From assembly GCA_951406725.2 (NCBI GenBank), contig OX597834.1, positions 38,316,001-38,380,000 of the forward strand: a stretch of DNA of 64,000 nt, given 5' to 3'. Made by a program: the position numbers and the translations under genes. This document shows positions 25,265-38,388 of this stretch, in pieces. This DNA comes from Octopus vulgaris (taxonomy: Eukaryota). The notes under the pieces were generated by a model. The model was not told the origin of the DNA and ran no database searches. It saw nothing but the letters and a program-made list of their open reading frames with translations. Each line of letters opens with the position of its first letter. Within the stretch, counting starts at the first letter, position 1.

Positions 25265-25580
25265 TTTTACTTGTTTCAGTCATCAGATTGTGGTCATGCT
25301 GGAGTACCACCTCGCCGAATTTTTTAGTTGAATAAATCGATCACAGTACTTTTTTTTTTTTTTTTTTCACGCGTGGTACTTTTTCTGTCGCTTTTTTTCT
25401 GTTTTTGCTGAACCGCCAAGTTACGGGGACGTAAACACACCAACACCGGTTGTGAAACGGTCTTGGGGGACACAGATTCAAAGATACACACACATACATA
25501 CGACAGGCTTCGTTCAGTTTCCATCGACTAAATCCACTCACAAGTGTTTGGTTGGCCCGATGCTATAGTAGTTGACATTG
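25265..25580 (-). mobile_element. SINE family A, diverged, 5'-truncated
   Basis: ttttacttgtttcagtca tail through gctatagtag. Confidence 0.88.
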
Positions 25581-25609
25581 CACACACATTTATCTAAATA
25601 TATGAGAGG

Positions 25610-25649
<40 letters not shown>

Positions 25650-26179
25650 GTGTCTCAGGTATGTATCCCTGTAGACCAGCACACTCATGTATTTGAGACA
25701 ATATCCCCGCCACCATACATATTCATACTTTTGCTATAAAACAAGTGCATTTTCTCGCTGTTTTTCGGTCAGCGAGACAAAACCCACACGCACGCACACT
25801 CACACACACACACACAAGATACTATGTTAGTGTAAACATATATACACATTTTTGAGTTTGTGATACACATCAACATATTCGACTATATATATATATCCGT
25901 GTGCTAGACAATCAGACTATATATTGTGGTGTTAAGTATATGCTCAGAGACCTACACACACACAACACAACACACACATACACACACACACACGCACACA
26001 CTCATAAGAGCGATTTTACACGTTTTGTGTCTGTGCGCGGATGTGACTCACAGACAGGCCATTCATATAACCAGACCGAACTTACACACATACATGCCGG
26101 AGCCAAACACGTACACAGCGATACACACATACACCAGACTGTATGTAGTACAACGAACACACACACAAACACAGAGTGA

Positions 26180-26665
26180 TAAAGCGGGGCAGGGCGTAGG
26201 AATTGACCTACTTTAACGTAAGCGCTTCTCTCATTGGTTGCTATAGTACCGCCATCGGAAAGCGTACTTCACATCGCCTGTCGATAAAAGCAGGCTCTTA
26301 TATAATTTCCTGCATCAATCCCAAACTATTTCTATTTTCATGCGACAGATCTGAGTGGAAATCTTCCACTCTAATACCGTTTTTCACAGATTTCTATCGG
26401 ACCGGTATGAGGCTAGTCTGGATATAGGTCAGTGTGACAAAACCAATAAGAGGCTTCGTTAGAAAGAGGCTTTGTTTGAGCGGGACTGCTGCTTTTTTAA
26501 CTTTTTTTCTTTTTCTTTTTTTTTTTCTCAACCAACTTAACTGGTCGCCTGTCGAGATTTTTCTTGTAAACAAGTTAAAAATAGACATGACACAGGGAAT
26601 GTGGATGCAGCCTCTAGGTCACACGTATAAAAGCCAGGCTGCTGACAGTGTGGGCGGGCCTATGT
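26180..26665. promoter_or_regulatory. Candidate promoter/enhancer island
   Basis: Non-repetitive island with CCAAT (26233, 26443), AGGTCA x2, GTAAACA, TTAAAAATAG (MEF2-type), GGAATG (TEAD-type), TATAAAAG (26626), GGGCGGG. Motif matches only. Confidence 0.35.
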
Positions 26666-26736
26666 ACCTGCGTGTGTGGTTTGTTGGGTGTATGTGTGTG
26701 TATATATGTGTGTGTGTGTGTGCATACATACACACA

Positions 26737-26797
<61 letters not shown>

Positions 26798-26816
26798 CTC
26801 TCTCTCTCTCTCTCTC

Positions 26817-26853
<37 letters not shown>

Positions 26854-27341
26854 TGTGTCTGTTGTGGAATGAGCCGGGGTCTGTCTGACTCAACCTCTTT
26901 TGATTAGTCTGTGTGTATAAGTTTGTGTATGTATGTATGTAACCATCACACATGCTCATACACATATATGCATTACACGCACGACCCCTCCCACCCACAC
27001 ACACACTTACCGGGAAGTAAATATTACTATCATGTAGGTGTATTCGAAAATCATTCTTTCTGTATATTTCTCAGAATAATCATCAAATAGTTGTAGTACT
27101 CTGAGAGAATAAATTCCACTACTCCACAAATTGAGGGGTACTTGCTAGATTCCTTCGTATCTTGTTACTACCCTTTAATATCATATCCAAGATTAATCAG
27201 CCGAAATTGCGAGGATGATCCGGTTCTTGACTGAAGATTGAAGGCTTCGAATCGTCTTCTAAATGTTTTATGTTCTTGTCCCAGTTTGTATTTTTCTACA
27301 TATAATATATATATATATACACACAAATACACACACACATA

Positions 27342-27417
<76 letters not shown>

Positions 27418-27446
27418 TACATGCATACATACATGCATACATACAT

Positions 27447-27481
<35 letters not shown>

Positions 27482-28055
27482 TACATACATACATACATAC
27501 ATACATACATACATACATACATACATACATACATACATACATACATACAGAAAACGGTTTGGTTGTGACATGGGCTTTCCTTTATGGCGATTCTTTTCCC
27601 ATAATATTTTGCTTGAGAATAAAGGGGCAATAGAGAAATACATCAATGTCTATGCAAATGACATTTATGAATGACAAAGGTGGCGTTGAGAATTACAGAT
27701 TTAGAGGATTCCTCGTTGGTTCGAAACATTCGTAGTTGCTGTTTAGCTTCAGATGTGAGCATCATTGAGCAGGCATATGACGAAAGACTTCCAGCCGTGA
27801 TCATCCAATTTTGTTCATCACAGTTGATATTCTTGAATATATCACTGGTTTTTGGAGGTGACAGGGTGTGAATAATTGAGGCTTTGACACCTCTTTCTGC
27901 TAGATGGATACATTTGTTTCGACGGATGCACTTCAAAAATGTCCAACAGGATAAATTATGGTCAGTAATGCATCTATCTTATCAGGAAGGATATAAATAA
28001 CAAACTCATCAAACAGATATGTTAACAGAAATAGAAAGTGCTATAAAATATAACG

Positions 28056-28214
28056 AGGAGTGGCTGTGTGGTATGTAGCTTGCTAACCAACCACATGGTT
28101 CCGGGTTCAGTCCCACTGCGTGGCATCTTGGGCAAGTGTCTTCTGCTATAGCCTCGGCCGACCAATGCCTTGTGAGTGGATTTGGTAGACGGAAACTGAA
28201 AGAAGCCTGTCGTA

Positions 28215-28268
<54 letters not shown>

Positions 28269-28488
28269 TGTGTGTGTATATGTTTGTGTGTCTGTGTTTG
28301 TCCCCCTAGCATTGCTTGACAACCGATGCTGGTGTGTTTACGTCCCCGTCACTTAGCGGTTCGGCAAAAGAGACCGATAGAATAAGTACTGGGCTTACAA
28401 AGAATAAGTCCCGGGGTCGATTTGCTCGACTAAAGGCGGTGCTCCAGCATGGCCGCAGTCAAATGACTGAAACAAGTAAAAGAGAGTA
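28056..28488 (+). mobile_element. SINE family A, full-length
   Basis: As for the 22965 copy; shares gctaaccaacc, ggcatcttggg and ccaatgcc variants with it. Confidence 0.96.
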
Positions 28489-28619
28489 TTTATATTCATA
28501 TACTCACACGAGTACACACACTCAAAAATGCGACGTGTAAATATGAACATCATATACATACGAAAAACACACAAACGTATACAAACCACACGGTTCTAGG
28601 TTCAGTCCAACCACTAAAA

Positions 28620-28780
28620 GGGATAAGAATGAGGAGTTTATAAGAGCAGCTGGAGAGCTTAAGTATCTCGGAGACATTTTCACGAGTGATGGAAAGCAGG
28701 TGGCTGAATTAGATGCAAGAATTGCTGGCTCGGTTACCAGAGGGAATGGTGTCGGTGAAGAAGCCAAACTCGCAATCGAA
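28620..28780 (+). mobile_element. RTE-clade LINE fragment (post-RT region)
   Basis: ELKYLGDIFTSDGKQVAELDARIAG resembles the FKYLG.xxx.DG...EI..RI motif. Confidence 0.65.
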
Positions 28781-29544
28781 ATCACTTCATCCTCAGTACC
28801 AGGAACCGGTTACAGTTAGTTGTAACACTCACCCACCTTGCAGCGACAGGGAAGAAATGGAGGCTGAAGGGTTTGTGGAAGACAAAATATCGAGAAAGCA
28901 AGATGAAAAAGAAAAGAGTGAACCCACATCGAAGGCAAGCAAGTCGCACCATAAGAAGTTTATCTTGTCTTGAGACTTCGTTAAATTCACTGTTCATCGA
29001 ATCGCTGACGATGTACTGATGGATCTATTGAATGAACTGCAGAAAGAAAGGAGAAATGAGTTGGTTGAACAGATAGACTCTGATTTTTGAAAAATTGCTT
29101 CGAGAAAAAATAACAGCGCTAAAGGGCAATTTACCAGAAGCATGTGATGGAGAATTTTCCCCACAGCCAACTTCTATGATGCTCCCTGATGTCTTCTGGA
29201 GTAGTAGTTTCCAGTAACAGGAGCAGATGGTCGGGTGTATTAGATGACCTGTTCTAATTTTAATGCTTTGTCTGCTGTGTACAACATGTGCAATAAGTTC
29301 GTTATTTTGTTGGGTTATGTTTGTGTTTCGCATATGTTTTGTGAGTGGTGGTATTGTGTCGAGTAGTAATGGGTAGAGTGTGTATATAGTGTGAGTTGTA
29401 TTATAAACTAATGGATTACAGTTGTGTAAAGTGTGAATTGTTTGCTGTTACAGTGTCGGGTATCGATTATATAACAGTATATGCTATTCATTTTATTGCA
29501 TTTTGTGTAGAACAGGCATTGTGCTATTGATATTCGGTGTTAAT

Positions 29545-29893
29545 CTTTTATCCTTTCGGGGTCGATAACATAAACACCAGTTGAGCACTGGGGCCGATGT
29601 AATCGATTTACCTCTCCCACAAAATTATTGGCCTTATGTCAAAATTTAAAACCCAATATTTTATTTCTCAATAACGGCGGTGAGCTAGCAGAATCGTTAG
29701 CTCACCGGACTTAATGCTTAGTGATATTTATTCCGGCTTTACGTCTTGAGTTCGAATGCCACCGAAATAATCATGGCATTTCATACTTTTCGGGGTCGAT
29801 ACAAAAAAATACCAGTTGAGCACTGATGTCAGTGTAATCGGCTTACCCACTCACCCGAAATTGCTGGTTTTGTGCCAAAATTTGAACCCAATA
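29545..29893 (+). mobile_element. Two tandem SINE family B copies
   Basis: 3' part at 29545-29660, full copy at 29676-29893. Confidence 0.88.
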
Positions 29894-29954
29894 ACAGTTG
29901 GTGTTAATTCCGTGGAACAATGTATTTTATGGGGTGGCTTTTACATTAGGTATA

Positions 29955-30430
29955 TTATACCTAAACAAGGCAACTCGCACCAATCTCTTCAACAACACAG
30001 TCTTACCTGCAATGTTATACGCATGTGAGACTTGGACCATGACGAAGAGAGAACAATTTCTGCTTATGGTACAGAGATCCATGGAAAGGTCGATGTTGAG
30101 AATCTCGCTACGAGATCACATCCGGAACGAGGAGATCAGAGATAGAACTGGAGTGAATGACGCCGTCGCAGAATACCACCACGAAAAGCTACGGTGAGAC
30201 GGTCATGTCGCGAGATTCACAGACAATCGGTGGACCCGTGCAATTTCCGAGTAGTACCCGCGCGAACGGAAGAGACCACTCGGAAGACCTCCAGTCAGAT
30301 GGGAAGGTGATTTAAGAAAGGTGTTTAGAACAACGTAAAGGAGATTGGCGAGAGCACGTGAGGAATGGAGCAAATGCTGTGGCCAGTGGAGGCGGCTCGA
30401 CACCAGACAGCCTGGCTGATCCAGGTGATA
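29955..30430 (+). mobile_element. RTE-clade LINE 3' end
   Basis: LFNNTVLPAMLYACETWT...QRSMERSMLRISLRDHIRNEEIR...LR*DGHVAR...KRPLGRPPVRW in a single frame with stops. Confidence 0.93.
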
Positions 30431-31734
30431 TAACGTGTGCAGAGAATATACTATTTGAGTTGTACTAGTGAACTGAAAGTGAACGAAATGCACATCTGAG
30501 TGTAAACATTTTTGTTTCAATCCTTCATTTTTATATCTGGATGGTTTACCTTGATCCCCTTGTCGAACCAGAAAGAAACATCCGAGTTGTGACGTTGTAC
30601 ATGTTTATACTACTTCTTACCTCTTTTCATGTTGATGCGTCCGCATATTGCCCTCTGGACATGTGAACATAGCTGCCGGCTGGACGGTCAACCTTTTTCT
30701 TATTTGTCTCTTTAAAGTGATAAAATCTGTTTCTAAAAAATAATTGGGAAAATTGTTCTTAAAATCAAATGAAAAAGTAGCAGACCGAGATGGTAACCAT
30801 AAATATTAATGCTTCGGGGTAGCAAGCAAGCAAGGAGAGAAGGCAGAGGTAGATGTCTGTCAACAGACCACTTGTCAGTGATGGCAGTGTAACTACCCTC
30901 GCCGATCACTTAAAAATCGTCGTCACAACATGGCAAGGAACAAACTGGAGCAACAACTACATAATCACATTAAATTGACCAGTAGCGGCAGCACTCCTGT
31001 CGTCACCATCTCCATTCTCACGGCGGGGAGACCGTATTTGATTAACAACAAAATATTTACATTTGACAGCGACAATAGCAATACGCTAAGCAACTACGAC
31101 AATGACTGTACCATCACCGCCTATTTAGACCAGCATCAATATTTCCATGACCGTCTCCACCTACAATTCCACGCGTAGAAATTGCTACAATCGAGACTTT
31201 GAGGCCAGAATTAGCAGTAACTATAATACTAACAGTCCGACAATATTCACCATCGTCACCAGTATAACCAGCAACAGCAAAAACCACACATGAAAAGCCT
31301 TTACTAGAGCCAGAAGCAGCCAAGAGCAGGTCTCCTTCGACAATATTTAGTAGATGAAGCCAAAAAGCTCGCAAAGATAGATGGTAGATGGGCTTTCATA
31401 GCTAATCCACTACAAATCATCAAGAAGCAAACATAGGCATGAATAACCAAGTAGGAGAACTCTAAACCGGCCTTGGCAGAGATACACCTATCAGGTACGT
31501 GCAAAGATGTAGATTTCGTGACGCGATCTAGTGGAGGTAAGATTCCCATGAGTGTCACTTCACTGGCGAAGTAGGAAAGAAAATTTCACCATCAGCTCGT
31601 TTGTATGAGCCAGCGAGTGGCGAAGGTGAAGGTGAAAGTGAAAGTGAAGGCTGTGCCGTCAGAAATATAAATCATGTTGTTATATGAGGTGTGGTGCTAG
31701 GAGAAAAATAGAATAGATTAGTTGAAAATCAGTA

Positions 31735-32035
31735 TAGACTTTCTTATCGCATACCTTATTGTCAGCTGGGCATGCTATATCCAGGATCCAACATCGTTTG
31801 CTTTCTTTCTCAATTAACACTATGTCTGGTTTCCTATTCTCTATCTCATGGTCACACTGAATCATAAAATCATATAGGATCTTTGCATTATCATTTTCGA
31901 TGATGCTTTCGGGTTTTATGTTCGTATCACGTTTTTGCTCTTTCAAGTCCATACTTGTAGCAAAGTGTCCAATGGAAAATCCTTGCTATATTGCCATGAT
32001 GTCTCTTATATCCTTTCTGGGCTAATGGTGTACAT
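31735..32035 (-). mobile_element. RLE-type non-LTR retrotransposon (R4/Dong-like) endonuclease relic
   Basis: KPESIIENDNAKILYDFMIQCDHEIENRKPDIVLIEKESKRCWILDIACP carries the PD-(D/E)xK-type RLE motif, preceded by a YKRHHGNIARIFHW segment. Confidence 0.88.
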
Positions 32036-32138
32036 TATTGGTTTGCAAGGGGAAGGACGTGTCTTTAGATGCTGTGAGTTTTTGCCCAATTTTCATTGAA
32101 AAATTTGTTATGTATGTTGTTATTTTTGCATATTTCTG

Positions 32139-32570
32139 TCATCATCATCATCATTGTTCGATCGTGGCCAAGACAATGGAATTTACCATGCTACGCCAGA
32201 CTTCACGGTCCATCATAGCATTACGGAGGTCTTGTTGCTGGATGCCTGTATTCCTGGAGATTACATCAGGGTAGGAGAGTGTGTGCCCTCTGGTGTTGCG
32301 AGTAGGTGGCTTCCAGAGGAGAAGAGTAGAAATTGCCTCGTTTTCAGCTCTACAACAATGTCCAGCAAACTGGACTCTCCTACCTTTCACAAGAGATGAC
32401 ACAGGTGGTAGTTTCCCATATATTTGCATTTTGGTTGGATGACGCTTCCACGAGAGATTTTGAGCTCTCATAAGGAGGCGAGTGTAGGTTCCATTCAACC
32501 GCCTCTCAAGCTTCTTCGATAACGTCCAAGTTTCTGAGCCATATAGTAGAATTGGTTCGACTGTGGCCAA
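32139..32570 (-). mobile_element. RTE-clade LINE 3' end with (TGA)n tail
   Basis: Open frame TVEPILLYGSETWTLSKKLERRLNGTYTRLL...FAGHCCR...MMDREVWR, then (TGA)5. Confidence 0.95.
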
Positions 32571-32589
32571 GCCGACTGGACTCTTGCTC

Positions 32590-33620
32590 AACTAATTGGT
32601 TAGGCGGAATTTTCCCCTTTTAGGGGCGAATTTTTCATACCAAGATTTTAAAATTTCGGTTTTGCAATTCGAAATTTTACACGGATGTCTGTGAAGAGGA
32701 GTGTAAGCTCTTCCCATCTTTGCACTCCACACCCTCTGCAGTCCAACGACTACATACATGAAACGTTAAACGTAAACTATCTCCGCCCGCTCCGCACCTT
32801 AAAAGGCAAAGAAGAGAAGGAGAAGAAGTGTTCCGGCACTTGTAGCGCTAGAAAGGAAAACGAAGGCTGTTCATTGGTCCGCCTTTCCAACGAACATTTC
32901 CCTGCTCTCACCACCACTATTGCTCCTACACTGGAGAAGGAGAAAGAGAGAAGTGGGAACATGTGTACTAGTAAGACCACCAGCAACGCCAACAAGACCA
33001 ACACAAGCAGCTACGACAGCAACAACAACAACAAGGCCAAGTGCAACAGTTTCGCATCCGCGGCGAAACAAACTTCAGAGGAAATAAATGTAACAATTAA
33101 GGATATAAAAAATGCAAAGGAGTTGTGAAGGAAGGATGGAAACAATGTCTTCCTTAACACTCCACAAGAATTAAGCCACGAAAAAACAAAACAAAAGAAC
33201 AATTACTTACAAGATATTTAATATAAAACACACACATAAAAAAATAGAACGGTCAACGCAACAGCAATTGGAGATTGCTCTAAAACCAATATGGTAAAAA
33301 AAAAACATATTTGAGCAAGGAGAACTAGAAGTGAAGTCTCTGTGATGTCTAAGAAAGGTCTAGATTTCATGACGCGGACCATCTTTTTGACTCAGAAGGT
33401 AAGTTGTTGGTAGTGAACATAATCGGTTGCGAAGATCACTTCTTCAGATAAGTGGCCATCTACACTTCAACAGGGGCGGAGCGTCCAGATTTTTCCTGGT
33501 GCCTAGAAATCTTCCTAGGAACGTTCGCTCTTTAGTGCAAATGGGTGCTTGGACCGTCACTTAAATATACGCTTGGATAAATCTGTTCTGATGTTTCCAG
33601 TTGTCTGGCAGGTACCAACT
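32590..33620 (+). mobile_element. Probable 5' UTR/ORF1 relic of an L1/Tx1-like LINE
   Basis: Low-complexity ORF start at 32685; tagatttcatgacgcg shared with 31510 (tagatttcgtgacgcg); lies upstream of a Tx1-like RT fragment. Confidence 0.35.
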
Positions 33621-34394
33621 GGATTTACTAAATGTGGACATCGACAAACAACATTGGCTCATCCAGATCGTATATAGATAAAATATGTTGGCCAGTAGAC
33701 AAGGGTAGCGTAGATATCCATAATTCAAAGTAGGCGGCTATACAGTCCCCAAATTTATGATTTGTACTGTCAATCTAAATAAGCTACGTAATAGGGATCC
33801 GGAATATGAACTCATCATTCCCAGCATACCAAGCTTGCAGAGGCTGGATTAATGAATTAGTTTTGCAAGCGTTGATGAGGGAAAACGTTAACAGTAAATG
33901 GTGGCTCGCTTTGAAAAACAAAAGACAATTAGAGTAGATGCGATAAGATCTACTGTGGAAAAAACGACAGAGAAAACCAGAATAGAAGGAGGTCTAAGTA
34001 TAAACTTAAAAGAAGTGTTTAGGAAAGGCGTCGTGACCGACGTGCTTACGATGAGATTAGCCCCTGACCAATTCTTCAACGTGAAGCATGAATGCTTGGA
34101 TTGCCAGAGCTCTAAGACACAAAGGATCGAAACCCGTTCGATGGGACCAACTGTCAGAGGTGCAACATGGTAAGAAATCCATAATTTGGTCTTTAGTATA
34201 CCATGATGAACGCTTGCTGTTCCATCCCAAGCAGATGTGAACCGCTTTTTAGCAGCAGTTTGCTCGACTGTTCAGGATGAATAGTGGGCTGGATAGCAGG
34301 ATGGATTTCACTGCTTACCTCTACGGCCGGCTACGACACTTAGCAATGAAAGCGGAGTGCTGCAAAAAAGTTGATAACAGCCACGTAAACACAT

Positions 34395-34625
34395 GAAGTA
34401 ATATCTAACTGTATGAGGGGCAAACCGCTTATCTTGGATTGTCTAATCTAAGAGCTTTGCCTTTATATGCCTGACTTGTTTGGGGACCTCTTGACAGATA
34501 TCTCCAGCAACTGACAGCAGAAAGGGAAAATCTACGTTTTCGTGAGTCGAAGAACGGTAGCGCTGCTGAGGAAAGCCCTGAACAAGGAGGATCACGTACC
34601 ACAGGCCAGGCAGTTCATATGCTGT
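34395..34625 (+). mobile_element. L1/Tx1-like RT N-terminal relic
   Basis: RGKPLILDCLI*ELCLYMPDLFGDLLTDISSN*QQKGKI...VALLRK resembles GKSPGLDGL..E.Y...F...L of L1/Tx1 RTs. Confidence 0.7.
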
Positions 34626-34648
34626 CCATACTCTCTACTTGACGATCT

Positions 34649-35011
34649 GGGCTTTACCCTCATCCTTGTGGGGTCGATAAACTAAGTTGAGCACTGGCGT
34701 TGATGTATTTGACTTATCCTCTCCCTCGAAATTGCTCTCCTTGTTTCAAAATTTGAAACGATTATTATTGAAGGTGGCGAGCTGGCAGAATCGTTAGCAC
34801 ACTGAACAAAATGCTTAGCAGCATTACGCCTGTCTTTACGTCCTGGGTTCAAATACTGCCGGGGTCGACTTTGTCTTTCATCCTTTCGGAGTCGGTGAAA
34901 TAAATACCAGTTGAGCACTGAGGTAGATGTAATTCACTCCCTTAAAATTCCCTCCCTTAAAATGCAGGCCTTATGCCTAGAGTAGAAGGTATCATCATCA
35001 GCAGCAGCGGC

Positions 35012-35051
<40 letters not shown>

Positions 35052-35268
35052 ATAGTAGTAGTAGTAGTAGGTGGGAGGCAAAAGCAACAGAGACTAAATT
35101 AAATAATGCTTTGTGGTATTTAATTAAGTACCGTCAACGTTTCGAGTTCAATTCTCGCTGCAGTTGGCTATACCTTTCATCCTTTCAAAGTGCTTAGGGG
35201 TCGATATATACTCGACAACAACAACTCTCCCTTAAAATGCATGACCTTTAAGCTAATGTTAGAAACTA
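34649..35268 (+). mobile_element. Three tandem SINE family B copies/fragments
   Basis: 34649-34769, 34771-34990 (full) and ~35080-35268. Confidence 0.85.
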
Positions 35269-35304
35269 TATCTCCTCTGCCGATGCCGCCGTTGCCGTCA
35301 TCGT

Positions 35305-35305
<1 letters not shown>

Positions 35306-35341
<36 letters not shown>

Positions 35342-35348
35342 GTTACTG

Positions 35349-35404
<56 letters not shown>

Positions 35405-35414
35405 GCTACTGCTG

Positions 35415-35454
<40 letters not shown>

Positions 35455-35691
35455 AACTACTGCTGTTGCTACTGCTGCTACTGCTACTACTACTACTACC
35501 ACTACTACTACTACTGTTACTGCTGCTGCTGCTACTACTACTACTACTACTACTACAACTACTGCTACTGCTGCTGCTATTACTACTACTACTACTACTA
35601 CTACTACTACCACTACTACTACTACTGTTACTGCTGCTGCTGCTACTACTACTACTACTACTACTACAACTACTGCTACTGCTGCTGCTAT

Positions 35692-35751
<60 letters not shown>

Positions 35752-36580
35752 ATCTACTTAAGGTATACACCAAATAACTATTACACAAGCCCTAGCTTAT
35801 GAGACAAGAGAAGAACGTTTAGCTGTGATGTAGTTCTACTGCTTGTAAAACTGGCAATGCTACCACTGCAACATCAACATCTACCATCGTAATAATTATT
35901 ACCACAACAACCAATACCATCATTACCACCACCATCATTATACCGCAGCCACAAAACCACCACTATGATCCCTATTACCCTCAACTGCAACCGTTACCAC
36001 CACCACCACCACCACCACCAACCGCATCGTTACTATCGCCGGCATCATCACCACCACCACCACCACCATCGCCGCTGTTATCTTCAGTGCTACTACCGCT
36101 ACCACTACCACCATCACCTGTACTGTCATCACTATCATCGCCGCTACCACCACCACCACCACCACCACCACCGCCATCATCATCTCAGTAACCGTTATTA
36201 CACAGCATCATAATCACCACGAATGCCATCACCACCACCTCCACCACCATCGCCGCTGTTATCTTCAGTGCTACTACCGCTACCACTACCACCATCACCT
36301 GTACTGTCAGCACCACCACCACCACCACCACCATCATCTCAGTAACCATTATTACACAGCATCATTACCACCACTACCAACCACCACCACTACCATCACC
36401 ACCAGCAGCGACACCACCGTTATCAACACTAACACGCCTTCTACATCCATCCATCTATCCTCCGCCTTCTCCTCTTCCTCCTCACTATCATCATCATCAT
36501 CATCGTCGTCGCCGTCATCACTAGCTACCTACTACAACTATCCCCCACAAGCCACTGTACTACTACTACTACTACTACTA
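35306..36580. repeat. (CTA/CTG)n then (CAC/CAT)n trinucleotide low-complexity domain
   Basis: Directly visible; includes internal duplications 35499-35717 and 36060-36212/36241-36365. Confidence 0.95.
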
Positions 36581-36624
36581 CTGCTGATGATGTTGCCATT
36601 GATCTGTTGTAGCTGCATACATCA

Positions 36625-36900
36625 ACAGCACAGCACACGCAGCGCGTACACACGACATATACACACCCTCACACAGACCTAGCACACAGACACACACACA
36701 CACACACACACCCACTCGCACACGCACATACAGCATACAATTACACAGCAAACACACATACACAGCATAGTCACACGTACAGCACGCACGCACGCAAGCA
36801 CCGCATACAAACATATACAGCTTCAACAGCACACTCATATATCATACACACACACACACACACACAGATGCGCGCACTCACACGCACACACATACACACA

Positions 36901-36941
<41 letters not shown>

Positions 36942-36984
36942 ATATATATATATATATATATACACTCACACATGCGCGCGCACT

Positions 36985-37050
<66 letters not shown>

Positions 37051-37074
37051 CACTCACACACACACACAAAAACG

Positions 37075-37112
<38 letters not shown>

Positions 37113-37195
37113 CACACACACACCCACAAACACACACGCGCACACACAGCACAGCACAGCACAGCGCAGCAGACATACACACAGCACAGCGCAGC
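36625..37195. repeat. (CA)n-rich compound microsatellite
   Basis: Directly visible. Confidence 0.95.
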
Positions 37196-37329
37196 AATGT
37201 GTTTTTATGTAAGTCAGTCAGTGAAACTGTCTGACATAGAACGACGTTGTTAGGTTGTTGTGTAATGGAAGATGTACTCATTGTAAAAGGTCACTGGGAA
37301 AAGAAAGGAAAGATGTAGGTTACTGCAGC

Positions 37330-37346
37330 TGCACCAGCTCTGCTGC

Positions 37347-37378
<32 letters not shown>

Positions 37379-37576
37379 TTGTTATTGTTGTCACCACCGC
37401 CCGCAGCAGCAGCAGCAGCAGTAGTAGCAACGGCAGCAATAGCAGCAGCAGCAGTCGTAGCAGCTTTGGTGAAGGTGGGTGGTGCTGTTACCACTGGTTA
37501 CCTACTGCAACGATCATGATACTGATGATGATGATGATGATGATGATGTTGATGATGATAATGATGATGATGATGG

Positions 37577-37613
<37 letters not shown>

Positions 37614-38370
37614 ATTAGTTGCGATGGTGACAGTGATGGTGATGGACTCGGTCATATTAGTGGTAGTTGTGGTCATGGCGGCGTTTTTAAGGTAGTTGTT
37701 TTGATGGCGGTGGTGGTAGCGGTGGTGGCAGTGGCGGCGGTGGTAGCTCTGGCGGCAGCGGTGGCGATGCCGGTGCCGGTGGTGGCGGCGGCGGTGGCGG
37801 TGCCGGTGGTGGCGGCGGCGGCGGTGGTGGTGGCTTTTAAAGGTAGCTATGGTGATGATAATAATGATAACTATGCTGGTGGTGGTGGTGGTAGTATTAT
37901 AGGTATTTGTACTGACGTTAGTAATAGTGGTGCGGTTATTGTTGTTGTTTAGCCCCCTGCTCAGCCGTAATCGAAAAGACATAAGCCGAAAGACATTCAA
38001 ACCGTGGCCATTCCATCGTTTTCCTATGTGCAGAGTTACTACCCATGACTACCGTTATTCAACATGTCCTTTTTTAAATTTTTGTTAAAGGGCACAGTAA
38101 AGTTTAAGGGATCTATGATGATATGTTTGGTTGTGGCGTGTTAGTGTTTGCTTTAGTCGTAATTATAGTGTTGGTAGTGGTAATTGTGGTTGTTGAGGTA
38201 GCAATGATATTATTAGTGCTAATGGTTATAGCGGTGGTGCGAAAGTAATAAACACTATTTGTGGTGGTTTTGGTATGTTGGTGTAGTGGGGGTAATAATA
38301 GTGATAATAGTTCTATTGGTAGTATTAGTGATGATCATAGTGAAATAGTAGTGGTGGAAAATTGGTGGTC
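37330..38370. repeat. (GCT/GCA),(GAT),(GGT/GGC),(GTA) trinucleotide low-complexity domain
   Basis: Directly visible; interrupted by a family D fragment at 37950-38110. Confidence 0.9.
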
Positions 38371-38388
38371 ATGTTTTGTGTTTGTTTA

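Noticed and set aside
27643-27936. 97-aa non-repetitive minus-strand ORF
   Set aside because: No recognisable domain or convincing splice sites; probably a decayed TE, left unassigned.
36582-36630. Short hairpin TGCTGATGATGTTGC...GCATACATCAACAGCA
   Set aside because: Only ~14 bp, partly built from flanking triplet repeats; too short for a pre-miRNA.
35177-37952. Poly-Leu/Ser/Val, His-rich and Asp/Met-rich ORFs
   Set aside because: Trinucleotide repeats open in several frames on both strands, with no splice or domain support.
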